Part shown: in pieces, positions 1 through 10,757 of the stretch
How positions within the stretch are numbered: the stretch's first letter is position 1
Layout: every line of letters begins with the position of its first letter
Source of the DNA: Tubulanus polymorphus
Taxonomy: Eukaryota > Animalia > Nemertea
NCBI RefSeq assembly: GCF_964204645.1
Contig: NC_134027.1
Location: 16,586,485 to 16,650,484 of the forward strand
Length of the DNA: 64,000 nucleotides
Direction: 5' to 3'
The notes under the pieces: generated by a model
Told to the model about the DNA's origin: nothing
Seen by the model: only the letters and a program-made list of their open reading frames with translations
Database searches by the model: none
Position numbers and translations under genes: made by a program

Positions 1-1738
1 CTTCAAAATTTCCCTCGAAAACTTCAAAAAGTGCTGATTTTGGCGAACAACAATGGCTGCCAGTCGGCCATCTTGAATCTGACAGGGCCAGTTTTTGGCC
101 TGAAGATGTGTCTAGGGTAGATACACGTATAAACCAAATATCAAGACATTACCTTGAAGCGTCTTCAAAACTTTGGAACTCTCACGAACTATCTAGATGG
201 TTATCTCTCGACCTAAATAGCTTCAAGACCCATCTCAAAAAAACTTTGTTCCATGCAGCATACCATTAACTCTCGGAAAGCGAATTTTATTTAAAATTTT
301 TTTGGCAGAATAAAATTTGATTGAATTTGCAATTCGGGCACATGGCTAATTAGCATATCAAGGTCATACACCCGATTTGGTAAAACCTTTTTTTTTCGTG
401 AACCTTGCGCAATTGTCAAGGATGAATTTTCTGTAGAGCAAATAAAAATTCCTCCCAAACACCAAATCAACTAAAGATTTCATAGAAATCGATCTTGAAA
501 TACAATTTTAAATCTTAAAATAAAACCAGGAAGTAAAACAGTAGACGATACCGCGGGTTCACGTGAACACCTGATTTCTGTAAACGAAATGTTGGTTGTG
601 ACAAAATTGTTCAGACGGTTTGAGGTGGTAATAAGTACGGAAACGTAACGACCATGGTCGACTTATTCGATGAAATCAGGCCTATGTGATATCCAAATTT
701 TGACTTTTTTATTCTCCAGACCTCCCTGATATAGAAATAAAAGATTTTGGTGGTACGAAAGTGCAATCACAGCGCCGACGGGGACAGAGCCGTGTCAGAG
801 ATCAGCGGAGTGAAAATTGAGGTGGACGAACACGAAGAAGTAGGCTATTGCGCTACTTGAATCACGAAAACTCCTGGCGCGGCCCCGACGCTTTTCGTTG
901 ATTAAGTAATACAAATATCATGCAATGGGTTTTCACAATCGACCGCTGGTATTTACCGGATTTCAATATCACTCCAAAATTCAAAGAAACCTTGAAATAT
1001 CGAACCGGAATACTTCCGGTAGATATCCGCGGCTGCCCAACCGGGAAACTTATTAGTTTCAATAGATATTGATAGGATCCATCATCTTCACCCGTCAAGG
1101 GATTCGAAACCACTAAGCTAAAGCCATGCCAGAATCGGGTCGGGCCAATCACAGCGCTTGTAACAAACCACATTAGGCTTCTGTGGAATTTCCCAGTAAA
1201 TGGGCCAATCAGCGAACACGTAGCGAACGCGGAAGTATTGTCGCGTGTTGATACATGAAGTCATGCGCAAAAGCGCCAGTAATGAAATCGCGATAATTCA
1301 CGTGAACAGCTGCTGATATTTTCAGATAAACCAATCACAGGGAAGATACAACTTCCTGATTGGCTGATAAAAATTGAAATTTTCCCGATTTAACTTTCGT
1401 GAAAAATGCAGAAAACATTTTTATGAGACCCTATTTCAAAATTCTGCTCGCTACGATTCCGAGAATGGATTACGCTTAAATACGTGATTTGTTCGAATAT
1501 GCCCTCACTTGGCAAGCAAGAGAGCCTATTGTGTGGAAACCATGTCATTTAAATTCGCTCCATTTGTATAGTAATAGGCTCAGCCTACGGCTGGCCTAAA
1601 AACTGATATCATTCAACATGATATAATTAAAACTAATAATTATAATAAGTCACATGAAAATACTAAATTAGCTATAACTTGTTTAGGAATTGTAATTGGA
1701 GGAATATTATATTTTAAATTTTAATTTTCTATTATTAA

Positions 1739-4724
1739 ATGGAAGAGGATATTCCAATGGATACTTTTGGTGACGCCCCAGGTATAAGTGATGAACCACG
1801 ACTTGATTTTCCTGATACTAGTATCAGTAATGAGGATGGATCAGAATATAACAATAATTTAAATAATGATGAAGATGATTCTAGTGGGCCTATATTATAT
1901 GATTATGATGAATTTAAAGATGATACTGAAACAAATGAAAAATTAATAGATTATTTAGAATCCCTCGATGAGAAAATAATCAAAACTAGACCAGAAAGAA
2001 AAGAGTTATTTAATAGATTAGAAAGAACAAAAAACCCTGAATTGAAAGAGCAATTAATAATCATATAACAAATACAGTTAGTGTAACAATTACAGTTATT
2101 GAAGAATTATTAGCAAAAAAATGTAACAGATAACATTGAACCAGAAGATATTTCAGTACAAATTAGAGAAGGTGATCCACATTTCATGAATATTTTAGAA
2201 TTCAAAAATGCTTCATGGTATTATAATGTTGAATTAAATAACAAAACTGTATCAATTCAATTATCTAAAATGGGACAAAAAGATCTGTACCATCCTGAAA
2301 TGTTGGCAAGATCTTCAATTGAACATTCGAAAGGTGGTACAGAATTTCTCAGAATTATATGGAATGCAATCTATAGAGTAAACGAAAAAGAACCAATTAA
2401 GAATATTGATATTAACCAATATTCACCATTTAAAAATCCAAATTCAAATCCTACTTATGGTGATCCAGAAATGGAAGAGTATGGAGATCGATTAGATAAA
2501 TTAAGAACTTCAACACCAGAAACATCGAGAAGAGATATTCAACAAATTGATAATGATTGGAGTCAATTACAATTAGTAAAACATTTTGATAGCATGTTAG
2601 ATACAGTTCATTCATTTGAAGAAGAGATGAATAGTGTTTTAGATACACCTGGTACTGAAACTGGAACAAATCAAATGCAACATTTATTAGACTAGGGGTC
2701 CAGGGACACCATGCCCACTTGGGAAGTGGTTTCAAATGCTCAACAATCTAACAATTTCAATATTCAACGCCCTCTGGTGACCATATACAAAAAACAATGA
2801 CCTTGAAACTCAATACAATCATAAAACATGTCAGCAGCTACGATTTTGTAATTGATTGTGATAACAAAAAATGCCTCGTTACTAATTTAATATGGAAATA
2901 CTAAGTTAATCTACTATTCAAAGCCCCCTGGTGACCATATTCAAAACCCAATTACCTTGTAACTCACCATATTCATAGAACATGTCATGAACTACAACTT
3001 TGCAATTGATGATGGTAACAAAATATGCCTAGGTACCAATATAATAAGGAAATACCAGTTTACTCTACTATTCAACGCCCCCTGGTGACCATATAGAAAA
3101 ACTATTTTCCTTAAAACTCACCACAATCATAGATGATGTCATGCGCTACAACTTTGCAATTGATTGCTGTAACAAAATATGTATTGGTACAAATATAATA
3201 TAGAAATACTAAGATATTGTATTATTCAACGCCCTCTTGTGGCCATAAACAAAAAACAATGAACTTGAAACTCACCCCAATCATAGAACACGTTATACGC
3301 TACAACTTTCTAATTCATTGTCGTAACAAAATATGCTTAGGTAACAATATAATGTCAAAAAACTTTTTCCCACCTACGAATGAGTACTAATGACACCAAG
3401 ATGGCCGCCAATTGCGTCATAATTGGCGGATCAAAAATACCTATCTCAGGTATAAAACAACCCTTTACAAAGAATACCCATCACAAATTGCAATGAGAAA
3501 TGGCAAACCAGTAGGAAGCTACAGGACCTAGAATTCTGGCCAAAATTTACATTTTAGGGCACTAAAATGGTCATAGGACGACCATCTTGAGTCAGATGGA
3601 CCCAATTTTTCTTATGCTGATTGGCCCTTGGTAGATTCAAATATATTCGAAAGATCAAGGTAATTGATCATATCGTCTTCAAAATTTCCCTCGTAAACTT
3701 CGAAAATGTGTAAAAAGTGCTGATTATGGCGAACAACAATGGCTGCCAGTCGGCCATCTTGATTCTGATAGGGCCAGTTTTTGGGCTGAAGATGTGTCTA
3801 GGGTAGAAACATGTATAAACCAAATATCAAGACATTAACTTGAAGCGTCTTCAAAACTTCCCAAAATAACTGGATTCCGTCGACAAACGGACGAACGGAC
3901 GGACGATGGACGAAAAGTGAACGCAATAGCCCGCTGGGACTAAAGTCCCAAGTGGGCTAAAAAAGGATTACTTGATTTAAATGAAGAACAATTACAAATA
4001 TTTCCTGAACAAGCACGTAGAGAAATTAAAGGTATGCAAGAATCAGCTCGTGAAATTGCTAGATTCTAAATGTTAGAAAGAGAATTAACTAATGCAAATG
4101 AAGAATTAAAACAATTAGAATTAAATAAAGATCTTCAAGTAATTGATGAAGTTGAATATGAATGCAGAAAGTTAGCTCTAGAAAAAGAAATTGATGAATC
4201 AAAATATAACAAAGAATTACAGGAAAAAGAAAGAGATATATTATTGAAATCATATGATCTTAATCATATTAAAAAATTAAAAGTTATTTTTAAAGATTTG
4301 TTGATAAAACCGGATTCTAATATATCATTGAAAGATAGAAATAAAATTATTATTTAAGTTAGAAGGTATCACAATTCTTTCAATTCTAACAGCTGTAAGT
4401 ATGGTATTCACAACAATTGGTTTAGCCATATCAAATTCATTAAAATCTACGCCTACACCCAACAAACTAGATAAACCCCCAATTGATAATAATTCTATAC
4501 AAGATAAAGTGAAAGATGGATTAAAGAAATTAGCAAAATATCTATGGGAACTATCTAAAAAATCTGCTGCAGCTTTGCCCGGAGTTATAGCATCAATTGT
4601 TGGTTTTATTTTAAAATGTGCTGGAAATATTCTTAACTTTGCTGCTGAACATATAATTTTATTTTTAATAACAGTTGTAAGTGCTATTATTTTTGGATTA
4701 GTGAATATGATCAAAAATAACTAA
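1739..4724 (+). pseudogene. Polinton long protein (acidic N-terminus, coiled coil, hydrophobic C-terminus), disrupted
   Basis: ORF pieces 1739-2068, 2186-2695, 4070-4357 and 4401-4724 are collinear. Removing the 2691-3960 insert restores ...QHLL-EKGLLDLNEEQ.... The C-terminus is KKLAKYLWELSKKSAAALPGVIASIVGFILKCAGNILNFAAEH followed by a transmembrane-like helix. Confidence 0.7.
2691..3960 (+). mobile_element. Non-autonomous Helentron-associated element (HINE/DINE-1-like) with internal ~154 bp tandem repeats
   Basis: Starts ACTAGGGGTCCAGGGAC. Subterminal inverted repeat GCCCACTTGGGA / TCCCAAGTGGGC. A (GGAC)n microsatellite and a terminal hairpin TAGCCCGCTGGGACTAAAGTCCCAAGTGGGCTA lie at the 3' end. 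It is inserted in an A-run with no TSD. Several copies occur in the window. Confidence 0.75.
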
Positions 4725-5065
4725 TTAATTTTTCTCTTAAATAAATGAGTGGGAGTTACATAAATCCTTTGAATTGATAAATAATAATGCGCCTTTATAT
4801 AAATATGCTATAAAAGAAGATATTATATTTGAAATAACATTTGCTCCTGTTAATGAAATTGTATTATCTAGCGTTGTTAAAGATATGGACCCGGTTCCAC
4901 AGTTGTGAGTTAAAGTTAACTCTGAGTTAGCTTTTGCCCCCAGGGTCAAATTTTTAACTCAGAGTTAGTAAACCGAGGGTTAAAATTGTGTTCCACAGTT
5001 CATGGTTAGCTCTGAGTTAACTAACTCTTGAGTTAGTATCCCACAATTCATCATCAGAGTTAAAA

Positions 5066-6476
5066 ATGGTGTCGTTTTCGAATTCCATCAGCGACGTTGC
5101 CTCCTCTGATTTAAAACAAAAAAGGACAAGAGGATGCAATTTCAGCAAAGACGAAATGGCGGTTTTATCAGATATGGTGCTCAAGAATAAGGACGTCTTG
5201 TTTTCATAACTGATGACAAATATCTCCAATAGAAGGAAGCAGGCGCTTTGGAAAGATATTATGGCGGCTGTCAATAGCCTGGGAAACGCTGTCCGCAAGC
5301 CTGAGGACATTAAGTATGAATGGAAAAACATGTCCTCAAAAGCGAAAAATATGGAGTGGAAAGTCAGTCTCCAGAAAACGGGGGGTGGGCCACCAGATAC
5401 TTGCCTCACTTAGGAAGATCCAGTCATTGAAAAGATCGTAGCGGCGAATGAAAACCGGGTGGCATGGAGCGGCATTCCAGACACCGATTATCTCGACAGT
5501 TTTCCCGTATTTGAAAAGACTAGGCAACAAGAAGGTCAAGGAATATCTTAATTGGATGCATTAAATGAAGAACAGGGTAAGAAATCATTTGGTTTTGGAC
5601 CCGAGGGTGTGAATCTAATGAGTTGAGCATTTGTTTACATTTTCGGCTGCGTGATGACGTCATTGATGACCTTAAAACCTATCCAGGAAGTATCCTGGAA
5701 TTCCAGGGTCGGAAAATAGATCATGACCTCGTGACTAGAAGATTTAAATTCTTACTTACCCTGTTTATCTAAGCTTATGCCATGTTACCTACTGGATAGT
5801 ACACTGAACACGTCTGGCCTTCCAAGCATTCCGAGCCTATAATCCCTCTAAGTGCTTTGTGATTGATACATAATCCTAAATTTACTGTGTCTACTGCTAG
5901 ACGCAAAAATACATGCAGCAATGGCTGGCATCGTGCCACGAGCGCCGCCTTTTTTGCAGAGCAGGCAGGGCTCGAATCCCGCTGGACTCAAATATTATAT
6001 TTTTTCACACAGATTACATCGTACTCGCCAACAAAATCCTGCTGCAAGATACGGAGCTGCAAGATACGGTTACGCAAAATTCTTTAAAAGAATCGACCGA
6101 AAATATTTCATGCGATAAGTGTCACAAATTATGTATTGATCAAAGTTATCAAATAATCGCATTCTAAATGTAATCTGATTTATTTTTGTATTACAAATCT
6201 ATTGTATGCTCGTTGATTGAATCTAAACCTTGTCGGATGTTTCATTAAATGTCAACTTAATCCAAACCACGCACGATAATAAATTCATTTCTCGTTCCAG
6301 AAAACAAAGCGAAGAAAAGAAGATTTACCCAGCAGGATCTCCTTAATGAGCAAGTTATGTTCATGAAGGCCAAAACAAAGAAAATTGAAATGGAAATGTC
6401 CGTCTTTGAAAAAGAATCAGCATTGCGTGTTCGCCTGTTAGAATTGAAGATAAAACACTTAGAAAAAGAGGAATAA
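5066..6476 (+). pseudogene. Harbinger Myb/SANT-like DNA-binding protein
   Basis: KRTRGCNFSKDEMAVLSDMV...RRKQALWKDIMAAVNSLGNAVRKPEDIKYEWKNMSSKAK...KTGGGPP is a trihelix Myb/SANT pattern. A coiled-coil tail (RLLELKIKHLEKEE*) ends at 6476. In-frame stops are present. Confidence 0.8.
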
Positions 6477-6735
6477 TTGTGTATAAAATAGTGAATTTGT
6501 TTGTTTATTTTTCAAAAGTTTTATATATTTCATATATTTGTTAATTCTGTTATCAAATAAATTGCCGCCAAAGTTCCATTCTTTGAAATAATTGTTACAT
6601 GATCTCTCGTGTTAGCAGCATTATGTGGAGGATGTTGGAGTGTCAGTCGCTGAGGGAAAAATGTGGAAAATATCCCTGTTGGAAAAAATGTTGTATTCAA
6701 GTCTATGGAAAAGATCTTTTTTTTTTAATTCTTAT

Positions 6736-8215
6736 TTAAAAGTAAGTGTTTGTGACATATGTTCTCATATGTAGCCCTTGTTCATCAGCGGCATGTGCAA
6801 CATGGTTTTCATCTACTACTAGTTCATAATTCACTGCATCTTCATCCCTGAAAACCTCTTTATTCATTGTTGCGAAATTATGCAATACTGCACATGCTGT
6901 TATAACCTTGCATGCTTTTGTAGGAGCTAATCGTAATTCACCATGTAAACAGTGAAATCTTCTCTTTAGCCATCCAAATGTTCTCTCTATAGTAAGTTGA
7001 CCTGGTTTGTTTATGAGATCCATTAAAGTTATGTTGTTGCAGTCCATTACAATTCAAGTATGGTGTAATGAGGTGTTGTTTTAAGGCATATCCACTATCC
7101 CCAAGCAAGTGACCTTTGTAAGGGGTTCCATTCAAGTATCTAAAATATAAGATTGTAATTGATTAATTAAAATACTTGGATTTTTTATATTGAAGTTAGA
7201 GTAGACATTTTCTATTTAGTAACCTATCGCATTTTGCGAAGTTTATTACGCTTAAATAACCAATCGGGGCTATGCCAACAACGGCTGAAGCAACATTAAG
7301 CACTTTAGTTAAATTCAACTCCTTGTAGGCCTATATTGCTTTTACATTTACTACGCGGCTTTTAATTCCTCAATATGTTACCTGGCAAGCGAAGAGGCTC
7401 TGTAGATGAAGCTATCGTGACAACTTCCTGGCCATTGTGCAACGATATTCGTAAATAATCCTGAAAATGAAATGAATATTCTTAAAGCATAAGCTAAAAA
7501 GTATGAATATCTTACCGAAATCCCTTAGCCTGAGCTCAGACCACTATTCAAAAATCTTCTAAAGTATATCTTTCGAATCTTGTTATTTGCGAGTCAATTA
7601 AATATCTATTTTTTGTACCAATAAATTTGCGGTGTGTAAATGTATATGCTTACATATCTTACTATAGATATTAAACTTACCATCGGCATTGCAAACAGCC
7701 TGCACATTGATACTATGGTATCCCTTTCTATTAACATAGTCGGCTTCATTCTCATTTGGTCCCTGTATTCGTATGTGCGTTCCATCGATGCACCCAATTA
7801 TACCAGGAAATTGCGATATCAGATCAAAGTCCGCTTTCGTTTTCGCGATTTCAATATTTGTCGTAGGAAATTTTATAAAATCATTCTTCAACGAGCATAG
7901 AGCATTGGTCACTTCGCTTACACATCTTGACACCGTCGATTTGCTCACCCCATTACTATCAGCAATCATTTCTAAGAAGGATCCACTTGCGTAAAAGCGC
8001 AATGCTATCAGTTTGTTTTTTTTGGTTAAAGGTAAACCACCTTTCGAATCTCTGTCAACGAGATGGTGTGATAACAGACCGTAAAGTCGCTCAATGCCTG
8101 CTAAACTAAATCTATATCGATGGTAGCATTCATCATCTGTTAAAATACGGTCTATCCTCGAGGAATATGACTTTTCCTTAGCTTGTCGCCCAGCCATCCA
8201 GTAGAAAGCAGCCAT
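6736..8215 (-). pseudogene. Harbinger DDE transposase (HARBI1-like), three exons, frameshifted
   Basis: Exon 8215-7681 contains [16 protein letters not shown] and [14 protein letters not shown]. Exon ~7460-7382 contains WPGSCHDS. Exon ~7140-6736 contains LLGDSGY, IERTFGWLKRRF and ACAVLHN. Introns are GT-AG; there is a frameshift near 6990. Confidence 0.9.
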
Positions 8216-9081
8216 TTTTAACTCTGAGTTAAGGATCTAACTCTAGTCTGACCATGGGTTAAAATTTAACTCTTTTTTCAAATATTAACCCTATGGTCAA
8301 ATCTAACCGACAACTACGGAATGGATTTGACCCTAGGGTTAAAATTTGACGGGGGGTTAAGGAATTTGACCCTAGGGTTAAAATTTAACCCACAACTATG
8401 GAACCGGGTCATGGGTTATAAATTATCGAATATATGATTAGAATATGACACAGTCACTGATGAAAATATTGCTAGCATAATTCAAACTCAATACAATCAA
8501 GGATTATCATTATTATATGACTATATTGATTTAAAACTGTAACTATTAATGCAAGTGATGAAATAATTAATGAGAATATCAACTTCCCAAGAAGATCTAT
8601 TAAAGGTATATTAATATTTTTTACCATTGCTACATATTCAAATGGCGCAATAAATGATAATTATTATAATCCGAAAATATCAAAAGTAGAAATAACTATC
8701 GAAGGCATAGCTAATAAAGTATTTTGTCAGGGAATGAGAATGATAGATCAATGGCCAGAAATTAGAAAACATTTTATGAATGAAAAAGTAAAATCATCTG
8801 AAGATTGTTATATTAATCAAATTGATTATTATACTGGCAATAAATATGCACTATGGTTAGATTTTAGAACAACAGAGGATAATTTATTACATGGTTCTGG
8901 GAAAAAATTACAGAACACTAAAGATGGGATACAATTATTCATGAAAAAGGAAGTCTAAATTTCAAAATTACATCTAATTAATGTTTATAAAAATGTGAGT
9001 ATGATACCATTGTTAAATAACCCAAAGAAATATATCAAATATTTTGATTCTTAAACTAAACAATATTATATATTCTATAAG

Positions 9082-9369
9082 TTGTTATTTGATAAATTAT
9101 TAGCTTATGCAGAAGATAATCCTAAACAAATATATGAATTATTATATTCGAGAAAAATAGATTTAAGTTATCTAACAAAAAATTTTGGATATCATTTTGA
9201 TTTCTATTTTGATGAATACTTTGAAAAATTAAGAAAAGAGGGTAAGATATATACTAATTATCATAATCTGATGGTTCAACTGAAATTAATAAATATACCT
9301 ACAGATATCAGTGAATTAGATATAAACAAAGATGACTTTATAAATTTATTAGAAACAAAATTAGAATAA
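9082..9369 (+). CDS. Polinton orphan protein
   Basis: 95-aa open frame with viral-like codon composition, directly downstream of the MCP. No motif was recognised. Confidence 0.45.
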   Translation: MLFDKLLAYAEDNPKQIYELLYSRKIDLSYLTKNFGYHFDFYFDEYFEKLRKEGKIYTNYHNLMVQLKLINIPTDISELDINKDDFINLLETKLE

Positions 9370-9394
9370 TTATGGTAAAACGATTTATGATATT

Positions 9395-9749
9395 TATGTA
9401 CTAGACGTACGAGTAAGAATCCAAGAATCCAAGAATCCAAGAATTCTTACTTTCTTACTCATACGTCTAGTACATACATATATAAATTAGTTTTTATAAA
9501 AATTAAAAATATAAAGTATTAATTGAAGTATAGAAATAGTTATAACATAATCTATTTTTATTTTTATTGAGTGAAAACATATAATTTATTCATTTTTATA
9601 TATTTCATTTAATAATTTATATTTTTAATTATTATAAAACTATTTATTTATCTATGTACTAGAAGTACGAGTAAGAATCCAAGAATTCTTACTTTCACAC
9701 TTTCTTGGCAAGAATCTTGGATTCTTACTCGTATGTCTCGTACATAGAT
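9395..9749. repeat. Two related imperfect palindromes with CCAAGAAT 8-mer repeats
   Basis: Arms 9395-9419 and 9452-9476 are complementary at 24 of 25 positions. A second copy has arms at ~9650-9696 and ~9713-9749. Confidence 0.85.
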
Positions 9750-9800
9750 ATATAAATAGTTGAGATTATATAATATTTATTTTTTAAAAAGGGGGTTTTA

Positions 9801-9895
9801 GGTATTAAGGTATCTAATACGTATCTAATACGTACCTAATACGTATTAAGGTATCTAATACGTACCTAATACGTATCTAATACGTATCTAATACA
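9801..9895. repeat. 11-bp minisatellite (GTATCTAATAC-like)
   Basis: About 8 tandem variants of gtatctaatac / gtacctaatac / gtattaag. Confidence 0.85.
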
Positions 9896-9912
9896 TAAAT
9901 ACTTAAAATGCC

Positions 9913-10525
9913 TTATTTTATAAATTTATATTCATAAAATTCAGGAAATTGTAGTCTCAGAAGTAATTTTGAACCTTTATTATTCTTTAATTTATTCATA
10001 TATTCATCATGTAATTCAGTAGGTATAATTTGATTTTCTTCCAATGATTGTTGCATAGATTTTCTATCTTTATTGTAGAATAAAACTAAAAATCTTATAT
10101 TCTCCCTAAAATCTTTAACAATTGAATTATATTTTTGATTTAAAACCCATGTTGTTATCCCAAAATGTCTCCCAGAGAAAGCTAAATAGCATAGTTCACT
10201 TTCTCTAACTTTTGAATCATGTAAATTAGCACAATCATCTATAATGAATAATGTATTTGAACCTTTATAAATATCAATTGCTATTTTAATACAATTATCT
10301 AAATTTTTTTTACTGTTTTAGGATCTAATATAATAAACTTTTTTATCTTAACTATATATCTATTATACGTTTTATTCATTTCATAAGTTGGACAGAATAT
10401 TATATTATCAAAATGATTCTTATAAATAGTTTCTAATAAATCTAATATAAAATGTGTTTATCACAATTTGTTACTCCAGTAACTAACATATTATGTGGTT
10501 CAAATATAAATAAATTTTTATTCAT
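9913..10525 (-). pseudogene. Polinton A32/FtsK-like genome-packaging ATPase
   Basis: MNKNLFIFEPHNMLVTGVTNCDK (degenerate Walker A), TLFIIDDCAN (Walker B), LAFSGRHFGITTWVLNQKYNSIVKDFRENIR (the A32-type GRH...Q...R.N motif). It is frameshifted and absent from the ORF track. Confidence 0.85.
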
Positions 10526-10757
10526 TTATTCTTTTAATTTTACTAGATAAAATCCATTCATTACATTTATCATCATACCCTCTATATTTCACCAAAGAAT
10601 ACTTTTTTCCTTTAAGAGTTTTTGTTTTCAATACTTTTTCTATTTTGTATTCTACTTCATCTGGGTTTGGTACAAGTGATAATTCTTGTTCATAGAAATA
10701 ACGTAATATTTCTTCATCTTTTAGATCTTCTAATTTATAAACAAAAGGTTTAGTTAA

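Larger units (their letters stand above)
4888..8410. mobile_element. PIF/Harbinger DNA transposon, full length
   Basis: TIRs GACCCGGTTCCACAGTTGTG / CACAACTATGGAACCGGGTC and a 3-bp TSD ATG. Subterminal TAACTCTGAGTTA-type palindromes are present. It carries convergent Myb/SANT and DDE genes. Confidence 0.95.
4760..8958 (+). pseudogene. Polinton major capsid protein (C-terminal half), split by the Harbinger insertion
   Basis: FELINNNAPLYKYAIKEDIIFEITFAPVNEIVLSSVVKDM | GYKLSNI*LEYDTV...NINFPRRSIKGILIFF...YYNPKISKVEITIEGIANKVFCQGM...NKYALWLDFRTTEDNLLHGSGKKL. The frame joins exactly across the ATG TSD (4885-4887 / 8411-8413). The motifs resemble invertebrate Polinton MCPs. Confidence 0.75.

Noticed and set aside
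1500-1740. Polinton terminal inverted repeat
   Set aside because: No AG-rich terminus or inverted counterpart near 16.3 kb was seen; the element appears truncated at both ends.
4325-4714. 129-aa minus-strand ORF
   Set aside because: It is the antisense shadow of the plus-strand viral membrane-protein segment.
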